The notes beneath the pieces are model-generated. The model was not told where the DNA came from and made no database searches. It worked only from the letters and a program-made list of their open reading frames with translations. Of a DNA stretch of 64,000 nucleotides, positions 35,847 through 47,200 are shown in pieces (the stretch's first letter is position 1; each line of letters starts with the position of its first letter). The stretch is from Amphiscolops sp. MND2022 (lineage: Eukaryota). The stretch spans positions 23,128,001-23,192,000 of the forward strand of contig OZ076409.1 of NCBI GenBank assembly GCA_964187785.1. Direction: 5' to 3'. Both the position numbers and the translations under genes were made by a program.

Positions 35847-36191
35847 TCAGTTCAAACTTTTGCTCCTTGGTAAGACGAATATTCTTTGGGTTTCCAGCAT
35901 TATAAATGAATTCCATTCTTTATCTTTTGTTTCCAAATCGATTTTGAATTTTGAGCCAGTTTTCCCAGATCCGTAATAGAACCAAATTCTGAGGACACTT
36001 TTGGATTTGACTACGTCCCTCACTTCTTGTGGTAGATTCGGGCAATTTTTGTCAATTTCGACAGGAGGAGGTGGCCTGGAAATGTGCATGTTTAAAGGAG
36101 GTAGTTTCTTTTTCATCCTGGACAGTTTTGAGTCTCGTGCACTAGAAGCTACTGACATATTCTTTCCAAAAGTCCTGCTTGCTTCCACCAC
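35847..36191 (-). CDS. Polinton hypothetical protein (start uncertain)
   Basis: Co-directional ORF with no recognised domain. Confidence 0.4.
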   Translation of the reverse strand: MVEASRTFGKNMSVASSARDSKLSRMKKKLPPLNMHISRPPPPVEIDKNCPNLPQEVRDVVKSKSVLRIWFYYGSGKTGSKFKIDLETKDKEWNSFIMLETQRIFVLPRSKSLN

Positions 36192-36195
36192 ACCA

Positions 36196-36765
36196 CTATT
36201 GTTTGGAACAGCCTACACACAAACGCTCAAGTTTGGAGTCAACTTTTGATTGGTTTGCATTGCGCCTACTCTCTAACCACTGATAAGCAACAGCAGTTTT
36301 CAATTTGCTGCAATGCCAGAAATGTTGTTGTTGACTATTCCATGGGAGAAAGTTTGCGTGGTTCCCACAAGAAACCACAGCATTAACACATAAATGTTTA
36401 ATTGGGGGACAACCAAGCCTTTGCAAAATGTAAACTTTTTTAAAATAGTTGGAGATAAATGCTCTCTTCACATGTCCGTCGACAAAAACAATTGCGTTGG
36501 GAAAACGAAGTCGTAAACTGGCCAAATAATTATGGATAGAAGTGTAAGGGTAAACGCCACTGTCCCAGTCAATACCGTGTATTCTTTTTGTTAAGAATAT
36601 TATCGAGTCGCGGTTAATAGTTGAAATTGTGGAAAAGGCTTGAGGAGGTTTAAAAAGTAGGGTTTCTTGATAATTTGTACTGTGAACGCTCAGCTCTTTA
36701 ACGATAAGACCGTTGTAGTCAAACCCTTCAAAGTCAATAACAAGAATTTCGTTCTCATTCAACAT
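36196..36765 (-). CDS. DEDD/DnaQ-like nuclease-fold protein
   Basis: ILVIDFEGF...IVKEL...HGIDWDSG..PY with a C-terminal C/H cluster. Confidence 0.65.
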   Translation of the reverse strand: MLNENEILVIDFEGFDYNGLIVKELSVHSTNYQETLLFKPPQAFSTISTINRDSIIFLTKRIHGIDWDSGVYPYTSIHNYLASLRLRFPNAIVFVDGHVKRAFISNYFKKVYILQRLGCPPIKHLCVNAVVSCGNHANFLPWNSQQQHFWHCSKLKTAVAYQWLESRRNANQSKVDSKLERLCVGCSKQ

Positions 36766-36808
36766 TCCAATTCACGGAACCAGTGGGCTTGTGCTGAATA
36801 TTTGAGTT

Positions 36809-37138
36809 TCAAAATGCTCCGGAGAGGGCGAACTGAGCATGACCAAAATTTTGCAATCTGGTTCTTCTATCCAAGCAGTCACACACGTCACTAAACGTCC
36901 CCATAAGCTCTTGCGAGTCGCGAACAATCACAAATAATCTGTACACTTTGCAATACTTGTAGAAAATTTCACATTTGATTTCTGGTTCTTCTTTCAGCAA
37001 ATATTTCAAATGGCCCAAAGTAATGTTGTTGAAGTTGCAATTTTTTAGATATACCAAACAAAAACTTAGCACATACTTTTGATAAGTTTCGAATTTGTCC
37101 GAATTGTCTAATGAAAGTCTATGAAAAGTTTGCTGCAC
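36809..37138 (-). CDS. Polinton hypothetical protein (start uncertain)
   Basis: Co-directional ORF with no recognised domain. Confidence 0.35.
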   Translation of the reverse strand: MQQTFHRLSLDNSDKFETYQKYVLSFCLVYLKNCNFNNITLGHLKYLLKEEPEIKCEIFYKYCKVYRLFVIVRDSQELMGTFSDVCDCLDRRTRLQNFGHAQFALSGAF

Positions 37139-37338
37139 TTTTACAACGTCTATTTTTTGGGGGCCATTTCCAATTTTGATTCTCGATTCTCAGCATTCCT
37201 TCCTGCTGCTGATATTTGCTTTATAATGAATTTTTATCAAAACACGTTCGTAACATCAGACGAATAATGCATTCGAACAAAACTGTACATAAATTTCACA
37301 CCCTCTCGTACCCTATTAAACTTTGGTGTGAATTATAC

Positions 37339-37688
37339 GGGTGGCTGTAAATAGGTCGAATTTTTCTGGTCGAAAGGACAAAGGTCGAACCTTTTGATCG
37401 AATTGCAGGGATCGAAAGGAATGCGATCGAATTTTATCGTATTTGTTGTATGGCTCGGTCGCTTCGCTCCCTTCGCCAAGTAGCAACATTGAGGCATGGC
37501 CATATGGCACGTCGCTCCGCTTCGCTTCGCTCCTGCATTCAGGGCACTAGGGGTATGTGAACATATCTGACTACGTTATAAAAATTTCGATCTGAGTTGT
37601 TTCGATCCCATTCAAAAAATTTGGTATGTCGACCTGAGAACTAACTCTGATTTTCGATCCCGTTCCTTCGACCTGCTTCCGCCCACCC
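37339..37688 (-). mobile_element. MITE family A copy inserted into the Polinton
   Basis: Full reverse-complement copy of 18389-18738. TSD AATTATAC(G) at 37331-37338 and 37689-37696. Confidence 0.92.
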
Positions 37689-37765
37689 AATTATACGACA
37701 AACTAGATTACTTTTTATTGGCCGATCGATCGCTTGACACAACAATACTACAACCCGACTTAGTT

Positions 37766-38122
37766 GTTGTACCAGTATTAGTCAATCCAGCTTTACAATT
37801 CAATTACAACAAAATTTCAAGGTTAGTACTTTCCAAACTTTCAGGCATTCAAAGAATAAACAAGAGTGTCTACGCTTTTACATGTACTTTCGCAAAAATC
37901 CGATTCCAAAAACGAATACAAAAAGAATCCAAAAAACGAATACAAAAAGAATCCGACCAATAATTTACTTTCGAAGTCAAAAGCCGAAGTATTTCCGAAC
38001 ACCAATTTGGAAGGACCCCTTCCTTTTAGGGATAGGTCCTAAAATTTCAGAGCAAGGACCCACCCCGTGAAAACCGAGGACCCCCCCCCCCCGTTGAAAG
38101 GCCGGCGGAAATCTTAACTACT
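37766..38122 (-). repeat. Right TIR of Polinton
   Basis: Reverse complement of 21036-21391. Confidence 0.95.
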
Positions 38123-38212
38123 TATAATTAATTTAACTTCCGGGTTCTATTTCAGTGCAATTTCCTTGACTGAACAATAATTGTTGACTGATTCGTTTTT
38201 CAGTGGAATTCA

Positions 38213-41200
38213 ATGTACAAAAGTTATCCCAAACCTCAAAATGCTCTCAAGAGAGCCCAAGGTAAGTTTTTTCCCTTTTCAATTCCCTTAGAAAGGGTTA
38301 GTCTTTCAACGCCCTTCAAGAACATTTCAATGCTCCTCTTTTTTAGAACTCTGTGCCATTGGCAACTATGAGGAAGCTTTGGAGCTTCTGCAAGAAGTGG
38401 TCAAAGGCAAGCGAGTCCCTCGTGTCTGGCAAAAGGATATACATGAGCCGATCATGCAACTGTATTTGCAGTCATGTGTCCGACTCAAAAAATCGCAACT
38501 GGCCAAAGAGGGCTTGTATCAATACAAAGCTCTCTGTCAAACTGTTAATATAAAATCCCTTGAAGATGTCGTCAGAGAGTATTTGAAAATGGCGAAAGAG
38601 TTCACTGAGGATGCGAAAGCAAGATCGCATCAGAGTGTACTGGACATCGAAGACTTGGACAGCATCAATTCACCTGAATCGTTAGTTGACTCGAAGTTCA
38701 AAAATAATAATGAACAACAAGCGTGCTTGGTTTCGTAAATGATCGGCAGATTTTAATCCTCCAACTGAATTGGCCATGAAATCCTGTTTTAAACCTTAAG
38801 ACTGTATGCAGATAAAGACGGCGCATGAAGCTTTCAGCTGTAATTTTTATTGTAGGGTTCTGATGAGTGCTGTATCCAGTGAAGATACACAAGACAGGAC
38901 GAATCGCACAGTGCTGATGCCATGGCTTCGTTTCTTGTGGGAGTCATACCGACATTGTATGGATGTGTTCAAGAATCATAATAAATTGGAAAGACTCTAC
39001 CACGACATTGCTCGTGAAGCTTTTCAATTTTGCCAAGTTTACGATCGAAAAACTGAATTCCGTCGTTTGTGTGACAATGTTCGTTCCTGATTTTCATACT
39101 GTTTTTGCTCATAGAAAGTACATTGTTGTACAAGGTTTTTAATTTTTACAGCTGAGATACCACCTTGGTCAAGTACAGAAGTATCAAGGAATTGCTGCTA
39201 CCATTGATCTCAGCAGTGAGGAGACATTGGAGTATCACACGAAGACCAGGTTGCTGCAACTAGAAACAGCAATTGCTATGGATCTTTGGCTGGTGAGTCG
39301 CAACTTTCTTTGAATTATTGAAACTTGTGTGAAATTATATATTTTTGAAGCGCTACAGATCAATGACTACATTATTGTGTTATAGGAAGCATTCCGTGCC
39401 ATTGACGATTTCCATCTGCTTCTGGGCTATTACAAAAAGCCACCCAAGCCTCAAACCATTGTTGACTACTACCAGAAGTTTGCACTTGTTTGCTTTCAAT
39501 CCCGCAATATGCTGTACCATGCTGCCGCTCTTCTGAGGGTTTATGTCATCTTCCGAGACTACAAGAAGAGCTTCTCACAGGAGGAAATTTCAAGGTATAT
39601 TTGAATTGTTATCCACTTCAATGCTCGAGATTTATTTGAATTAAATATCAGATTTTCAATTTAACGTGTTCCACTGATCTTTTTAGGAGTCGGAAAAATT
39701 TTCGACTACTTATGCAATCGTGTTTTTTTTTCTCCCGACCTTTTCATGAAAATTTCAAATTTCTCAAAAACTGTCCATACGATTTTCACGAAATTTTGCA
39801 CAGTCATTCAACACCCAATAGGGCCCCTGCGTGTGCAAAGGCATCAAAATCGTATGGCTGGGATGTGAGAAACAGCCAAAATTAGCCCAAAAATGGCCAA
39901 AAAACAGCCATTTTTCGACTTTTTTCGATTTTCCCAAAAACTGTCCATACGATTCGAACAAAAGTTTCTACAGTCATTCTACACCATATTAGAGTCCTAT
40001 ATGTGCAATGGCATCAAAATCGTTTGGCTGGGATGTGAGAAACATTGCCAAAATTAGCCCAAAAATGGCCAAAAAACAGTCATTTTTCGACTTTTTTTCG
40101 ATTTTCTCACAAACTGTTCATACGATTCGAACGAAAGCGAGTCAGAAGGAAAAAGACTTAAGCCGACTCCTTTACCGCATATGCGGCTCTGGTATTTTGT
40201 TGTGACACCATTCTTTTTCTTATTTTTCAATACGTTGACTGGTTACAACTTGTCTGAGCATAAGAGCAATCCAACTTGGTCACTTCTGTCAGAATTGTTT
40301 TCTTTCAATGTGAGTATGTTCCAGTTTGTCCAACACGGTGTTGCTGGCTACTCTCACTATTCCGGTGCAGCCACATGAGTCGTGGTTGACCAAGTATCTG
40401 GATATGGGTGCCATCCACACGGAGAACCAACGCAGACTGTGTGCCGTTCTCAACTTGGCAGCTCCCCCTACTCGTAACCAGTTGCTCAATGATTTGGTAA
40501 TTTCACGATTTGTCTTGTCTCAAAACTTGTCACGTTGTAAAATTTGCATCGAGTTAATAACACCATCACATCTATTTGCATATAGTTTGAACAGTGTTTG
40601 AAATGGGAGGCGGAAATTTCGTCGCCAGAAATTTCGTCGCAGGAAATTTCGTCGCAGGAAATTTCGTCGTATTAGCAAATACAGAAGTTTCGTCGTCAGA
40701 AATTTCATCGTCGGAAATTTCGTCGTATTGATAAAAATTAACAGCGTTCGCGAAAAGAGCTTATTTGAACTATTCAATTATTTAATTAATAAAATAAGAG
40801 ATCTTAACAAGTTTCATTTTGACACCACAACTGGGTCAAAAAGTTGATTGCATTCAATCAATTCATCAAGACGCTTATTGAGCAATGGTATATTTTCAGT
40901 CCTGAACCATTGTACCGGTGTATGGTGATTCACACCATACTAGCCAAAATTTTGCTTTTCAAACTTGCACTATTTGTAAACAAAGCGCTAATATTGTTTC
41001 ATTTTTTTTGTCAATGATTCAAAATGGAGCTCTTTTTGTTGCTCAATTTAATTTATGGCGGAGAATATTTGCATTCCGGAAAATTGGCTTGTTCCGGAGG
41101 TGAATTTTTGCTTTTTTTTGTCAAAAAAATATTGGAAATTCCGGGGAATTTTTGCTTCAAGTGTCGAAACGGAAGCGGATAAAAAACAATGTGTATTTGG

Positions 41201-44200
41201 GGTGGGAGGGATAAGGAACATGATCTGAAACTTTCTCTGTTAAAACCATTACTAAAAGTCAATAAAAGCAATAATTGCACAATTACCGATAAATATTAAG
41301 ATAATTATCAAGACTCGATAAATTTTAAGACATCAATACCATTAGACAATTCCTAATAGCTTAGATAAATGCAACGTTTTATAGAGCGTAATTTCCGACG
41401 ACGAAATTTCTGACGACGAAATTTCCGACGACGAAATTTCTGGCGACGAAATTTCTGACGACGAAATTTCCGACGACGAATTTTCTGGTAATCTTTAAAA
41501 TACTTCTCATGTTTTCAGGGTCGGTTTTTCAAAGGCCCTTTCTTTAGTTTGAAATTTCAATACGAATTTCGATTGGTAATGCCTGACATTCTGTAATTTT
41601 ATTTGACCATGTATTGTTTTCAATGAAAACAATTTCATTATTGTGTCTCGGTTACAAAAACGACTGGCCAGATTACTTTTCTTCCTGAAAGGCTGTCATG
41701 GTCACTGATTTGATTGATTTATGACTATGAAACAGCGAAAGCGACGCGACGACTGAACTTTACGCTCATTTGATTGGTCGGAAATTTTGGCTATTTTGGT
41801 TTTTTTTTAAAAGTGTCCAACTCACTTTTTTGTACTTGGCGTTTCACCCGACACCAGTACAGTTGAAAGATTTCCAAAAGTTCAGAATGTTATCAAAAAA
41901 TTGCAGCGTTTGAGTACTTCGCTGGACCAAAGCTTTCTTCCAAAAAGCGCCGCTTAAGCGTTAGCGGGCCAGTCACAGGCGCAAAAGGCGACAAGCGCGT
42001 TTTTTGGTAAAACCTAATTTGCTAATGGTTACTATGATATTTTGCATGTCTACGATGAATGTATGAACTGTTGATGCATTTAGGAGAAATATGGGGTTTT
42101 GCAGTATGCCTCTAAGCCCCTGGTTGAATTGTACCACTGCCTGCAAACTCGATTCGAGCCACTCAAGATGCACGATAAGGTTTTGGAATGCATTGAGGGC
42201 ATAAACAGCATTCCTTCGAATGACAATCTGAAGAAGTACATTGATCTCATCGAGCCCGTGATGGTCGTCCGAATTCTGAAGCAGGTTAGAGTGTGAACAA
42301 AGAAGATTGACACGAAAACTGAAAAAAACATTTTAGGGTTATTCTTTGCTGTGTTAGTGACTGAATCAAAATTTATGTTCCGGTTACTGTTATTCAACAA
42401 GGAAAAATTTGTTGTTGAAAGAAAATGAAGTCAAGGCAAATTGGCTGTGATGCCATTTCTGGTTATTTTTTACCGTCAAAAGTTTAGCGGGACACCAAAT
42501 TATGTAATCTCAAACTGCAATTCATGGACTCCCGAATTTTTGCACATGACGAAGTCAATGTGCATTGCAGTCCAGCTAAGAAAGTTTTTTTTCCACAGTA
42601 GCCAACTTCATAATAAGCGCCTTTTAGAGAAAAGCCAAAACCCCAGAGAGATTCGAACCTGCAGCCTCCCGATTGCGCGGCATAAGTGTTAACCACTGTG
42701 CCATAAGGACGTTATTGAATAAAGTTGAACTGTTGAATATATACGCATGCGATTAAAATAATATATATACGCATATTAAAATAATCGTTGTCTTCGTCAT
42801 GTGTTGCGAAGCACCGCTTCGCCTCTGTGTATGAAATATTTGACTGATAGCTCACCAGTGGTTTTCTTTCCAAGTAAGGAAGCGTAGAGTCCAAAATTTG
42901 AATGTTTCCAATGAAACGTGCAGTTTCCACTTTCGCAAAATTCGAAGTTGTTTGCAATGGAAATAGATTCAATATTAAATAGATTTGGAATTATTTGGAG
43001 TCCCGAATCGGGTTATTTCACAAAATTGTACTTATAGACTTTTATGAATATTGCTTCCCTTTGTTGTAATTCAGTTATTCGAAACCGTTGTTTTAAGTGG
43101 CAGTTAAGAATACAAACTACGTCTTAAAACTTCCATCGGTTATAGTTAGTTTTTAATAAAATGCAGTTGTTGGTATCGTGACGATTGATGAATGCTGTGT
43201 TAGTTGATTGATGAACACTGGGTTAGTTCATACATGTGTTACTTGAACCTGTTTTAGAGGCATGGCTGTTTCAGATTTCGGAAATATACAAGCTAATCAA
43301 GATCGAGAGACTGCAGAGCATAATGCACAGTGTGAAGCCTTCTGACCTGCAGAGTTTCTGTCTGTGTGCTGCTCGCAACGGAGACGTGCAGCTGTCCATC
43401 GACGAGAGAGGCAAGTGCATTGTGTTCGGGTCTGACGGGGGACTCTCCTCAGAGGTGGGTAATGAGTCATCCACAGTTCAGCCCATGGAGAGTGAGGTGA
43501 TGAGGGAGATGATCAACGGAGTGGCCGCCACCCTCGACAAGAGTGCACAGCTCATATACCCTGAGACCTTCCAGGTTGGCTCATTCGTCACACGCAACTT
43601 CTTCAGTTATTCAACCAATTGTGCCACGCCAATTCAGCCCTATAAGTGCCTATCGATACGTCGTGTTTGTTGGTTCCACTGCAACACTGACTGACTATTT
43701 GATATCAAATTTGATCGTAATTTTCGAAAAAAAAACTTCATTTCGAGTACACGTTTAAAGTTGACTTGGGCCCATTTTGTGCGCAAAAATCAAAATTCTT
43801 GATTTTCTGTTGCCTTTTCGAAATTAGCAAAAGATTTATTGGTAACTTAGACAAACTAAAGAAGAGTTGTTTGATCTTTAAATTGGTCCAATTTAATGAT
43901 CGAAGCAATTCTTCTTTAGTTTGTCTAAGTTTACGATAAAAATCTGCTACTTTCGACAAGGCAACCCAAACATCAGCAATAATTCTGAACAATTTAGTGG
44001 TAAATTAAGGTTTTGAGGTTGAACACGGTGGATATGTGGAGATTTTGAGAGGTGTATTTTGGTTTTGCAGCATCAGAGAAGCAAAGTGCGAGACTGTGTG
44101 TCTACACTGTACCTCACTTACAGACAGAAGGAACACGAGCGGATGATGGAGCGACCTGAGAGGATAGAGAAGAGGTTGGAAGACATCGAGCGCGAGTGCA

Positions 44201-47200
44201 GAGCCAGGGAAGAAGAGCAGGTGAGAGAGCAGCAGAAGAGGGACGAGGAGCTCCGTGCTGAGGAGGTCCAGAGACTCCAGAGGGAGGCCCAGATGCGAGA
44301 GGATCAGCGCAAGTTAGTGTCTGTCACCTCTCCCGTCCTTGAAGAATTCTCTTTCAAGAATATTCTCGAGATACTCAATGATAGTCGTCTGGCCCTATTC
44401 ATGCACATGATTAACAGAAATTTCGACCACGAAGTTTCTGAATTTGCTGATACGGCAACGAAATTTCCGCCTCCCTATGCGCATATTTTCATAGATTCAC
44501 AGCTAAAAGTTGACATGATTCATTGACAGTTTTCAAATTCCGAACTGGAGTCCGATTGTAAATTGTCTTTCCAGTTGCCAAACAATTTCGTTCAAGCTAA
44601 AACTTTGTTTCACTTGTTTCTGATACATGTTAAAAATTCTTTCCTAGAAAAAAATTAAGAAGACCCTAGCGATATTTCGTAATTAATTAAAACCAACGAC
44701 CCCCTTCTTCGTAGTTTTGCGTTGATCATTTGAAATGGTCGAATTGTGGTTTACAGTAAAGAGGAGATGAAGAGACTGGAGGTGATGCGTCTCAAGGAGC
44801 ACTTGGAGGGTCTGAAGAAAGCGGGCGGCAACATCTTGCATGACATCCAGGACGAGGATTTAGAAGAGATGAACCCCAACGACCTGCTGGCCAGGAGGAA
44901 AGAGGAGCTCATGAAGGAACAGAGGGAGCGGGTGGAAAAGCTCAAGAAAGAGGAGAAAAAGGTGGACCATTGGGAGAGAGCCATGCGCGAGGTAGAAATT
45001 CCCGCCATACTCGACTGGGCTGCTAAGCAGATCGCGATGCGCAAGGAACAGTGGGACAAGAGCGAGCAAATCAAGGTATGTTGCTAAAGATTGCAAAGCT
45101 GAATCATTTTTTTTGTGTCAGGTTGAACTTATTCGGTTCATCAATTTACTTTCACTGTTCACCTAAAAACGTCAATGTACGCCTTCGATTTTGTTTTATC
45201 GATACTTCTAGAAATGCTTTCCAAACGTATCAAGTTGTTAAGTTTCGACAAATAAAGGTTGTCCATTGTTTCCTGTGTTCAGCATTCTGAAATCATAATA
45301 AATCCTCCACGCGAAAACTTGGGATTTTCCAGTCAAACTCGGATAAAAGAAACGCAGAGGGCGGCTAGAAAAGTTTTTTTTATCAGTTGTCATAACCATA
45401 AAAAGTTAAACGTAAAAGTAAAAAACGTTTCTTATATCGAAATGTTTCTTTTATCCGTGCTTTTATCCGACTTCGACTGTACTATCAATATCTGTTTTTG
45501 ACAGTGAGTCTTTAAATAAAGCTGTAAACGACACCTTAGCTTTCTGGAAACAATATATCCATAAAAATGTGTGGATGGTGGAATAAAGATGATGGAAAAG
45601 TCTATGTTTCGTCTCATTTTCCGTGCTTGTTTATTATTTTCCGCCGACATATTATAATAGGGGAGGAAAATCATAATCTGTGTTGCGTTTTTTTTACAAA
45701 TTCTGCCAAATCTCCACTTTATTAATCCATTTAGTAAATTCTAGTCACCATGGCGCAGTTGGTAGTGGGTTCGAACCTGTGCTGATGCGTTACATTTTTC
45801 GCGGAAAATATCCCGGTGCTTAGCGGGCGTCTTGTTAAAGTTATGTGTGGGAAGCCAATCTTGTATTAGTTCGACGTGATTTTTCTCCATTTTAACGACA
45901 AATACGTACATACTTGCGTCATTTCAGATCGATCACTGCAAAGAGGAGGCGGAGAAGCGGAAGTTGATGCGAGAGAAGTGCATCTTGATGGTGGACGACA
46001 AGGTCGAGTTTGTCAAGAAACTCAACGAGAACAAGGCCGACCTACTCAAGGTAAGATACAACAAGATCAGAACGTCTCAAGTCGGTGCCTCGCTGAAAGC
46101 TCCAAAAGCGCCAAATCTCAAATATGCCCAGAGTGGCTTTAACCAACAGGGGCACTCTGTTGCCTTGAAAAACGCTTTTCCTCTGACTAAAATTATCCAA
46201 AATATGAAAAAGTTGTCAATTGCCAAAAAAGCACCAGTCAGTGTGACCAGACAAACAACTTGCCTCTGTTTGAGTCGACCACTTGTTATAAAAAGCGCAC
46301 GCTAAGAACAGCACAGTTCTTATTCAGCATGGAGTATGAAGTTTTTATATCACAAGTTGTGGAAAAATCACTATGCAATTTTCGGTATCCGAGTATCTGA
46401 AAATAAGTGATATGACATCGGTCTCTCCACAACAACAATGAGTTCATGGCAAAATCACGCCTCTAAATTTGACAAGAGAAATTTTGTTATTTTATTTTCG
46501 CGCGTTTTGGCTCAACCAAAATAGTATATAATATGTTTCACTTCACCGTTATTTCATAACGGTTTGGAGTTTGGATTTTATTTTGCCAATGATGCAATGG
46601 CTCAGAGAAATGCATGCAATGTAAGATTGTTGTTGAAATAGGTCATTTTCATTTTTGTTAATTTGAGAATTGTGGTTCTTTTTAATGAGTGTGAAGTATT
46701 ATGGAATATTTACAATCTGTTTTTAGTCGGCGCTTTTTGTAACAAGTGCCAGACTCTCACAGGCAAGTGTTTTTAGTCAGACCACCTGAATGTTCCACTT
46801 TTTGAACAGAGTTTGCTCACTCCTCTTGGCGTAGTGGCTACGATTCGTGCTTTTGAGGGGGGAAGTCGTGGGTTCGAATCCCGCTCAAGATTATTTTTGT
46901 CATCAATGGGTCCCCTTTTTCTCCCTGTTTTCACTTGAGAAAACACGTTTTTCGAACCTAAAGGATCACCCCTTTGGGTCTTTTGGCACTATGCGATTTT
47001 TCGATGGAAGATATCCAAAAATTTTTTGCCATCATTTGGAGTTTGTTTTAAGTTAAGAGTTTTCGAGGCCTCGGGTTCCCCTTTCCGTTTTTTGGCATTC
47101 TGAAATCTGTGAAAATTTCCTGAAAGCCACCATCAGCATAATAATGATGAGACTTTGCGCTCTTTGGGTTTGAAGCGGCGCGCCGACTTGAGATGCTCTC

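Larger units (their letters stand above)
21036..38122. mobile_element. Polinton/Maverick (adintovirus-like) endogenous element, full length, 17.1 kb
   Basis: TIRs begin AGTAGT and end ACTACT. 6-bp TSD TATAAT at 21030-21035 and 38123-38128. Encodes pPolB, rve integrase, ATPase, cysteine protease and two capsid genes. Confidence 0.97.

Noticed and set aside
40605..41492. Short regular repeats suggestive of a CRISPR array
   Set aside because: Contiguous 15-bp units without spacers, arranged as inverted terminal arrays of a foldback element in an intron.
46828..46890. Functional tRNA gene (also 42640-42705 and 45750-45790)
   Set aside because: A and B boxes are present, but acceptor and anticodon stems do not pair convincingly, and the segments are embedded in repeats.
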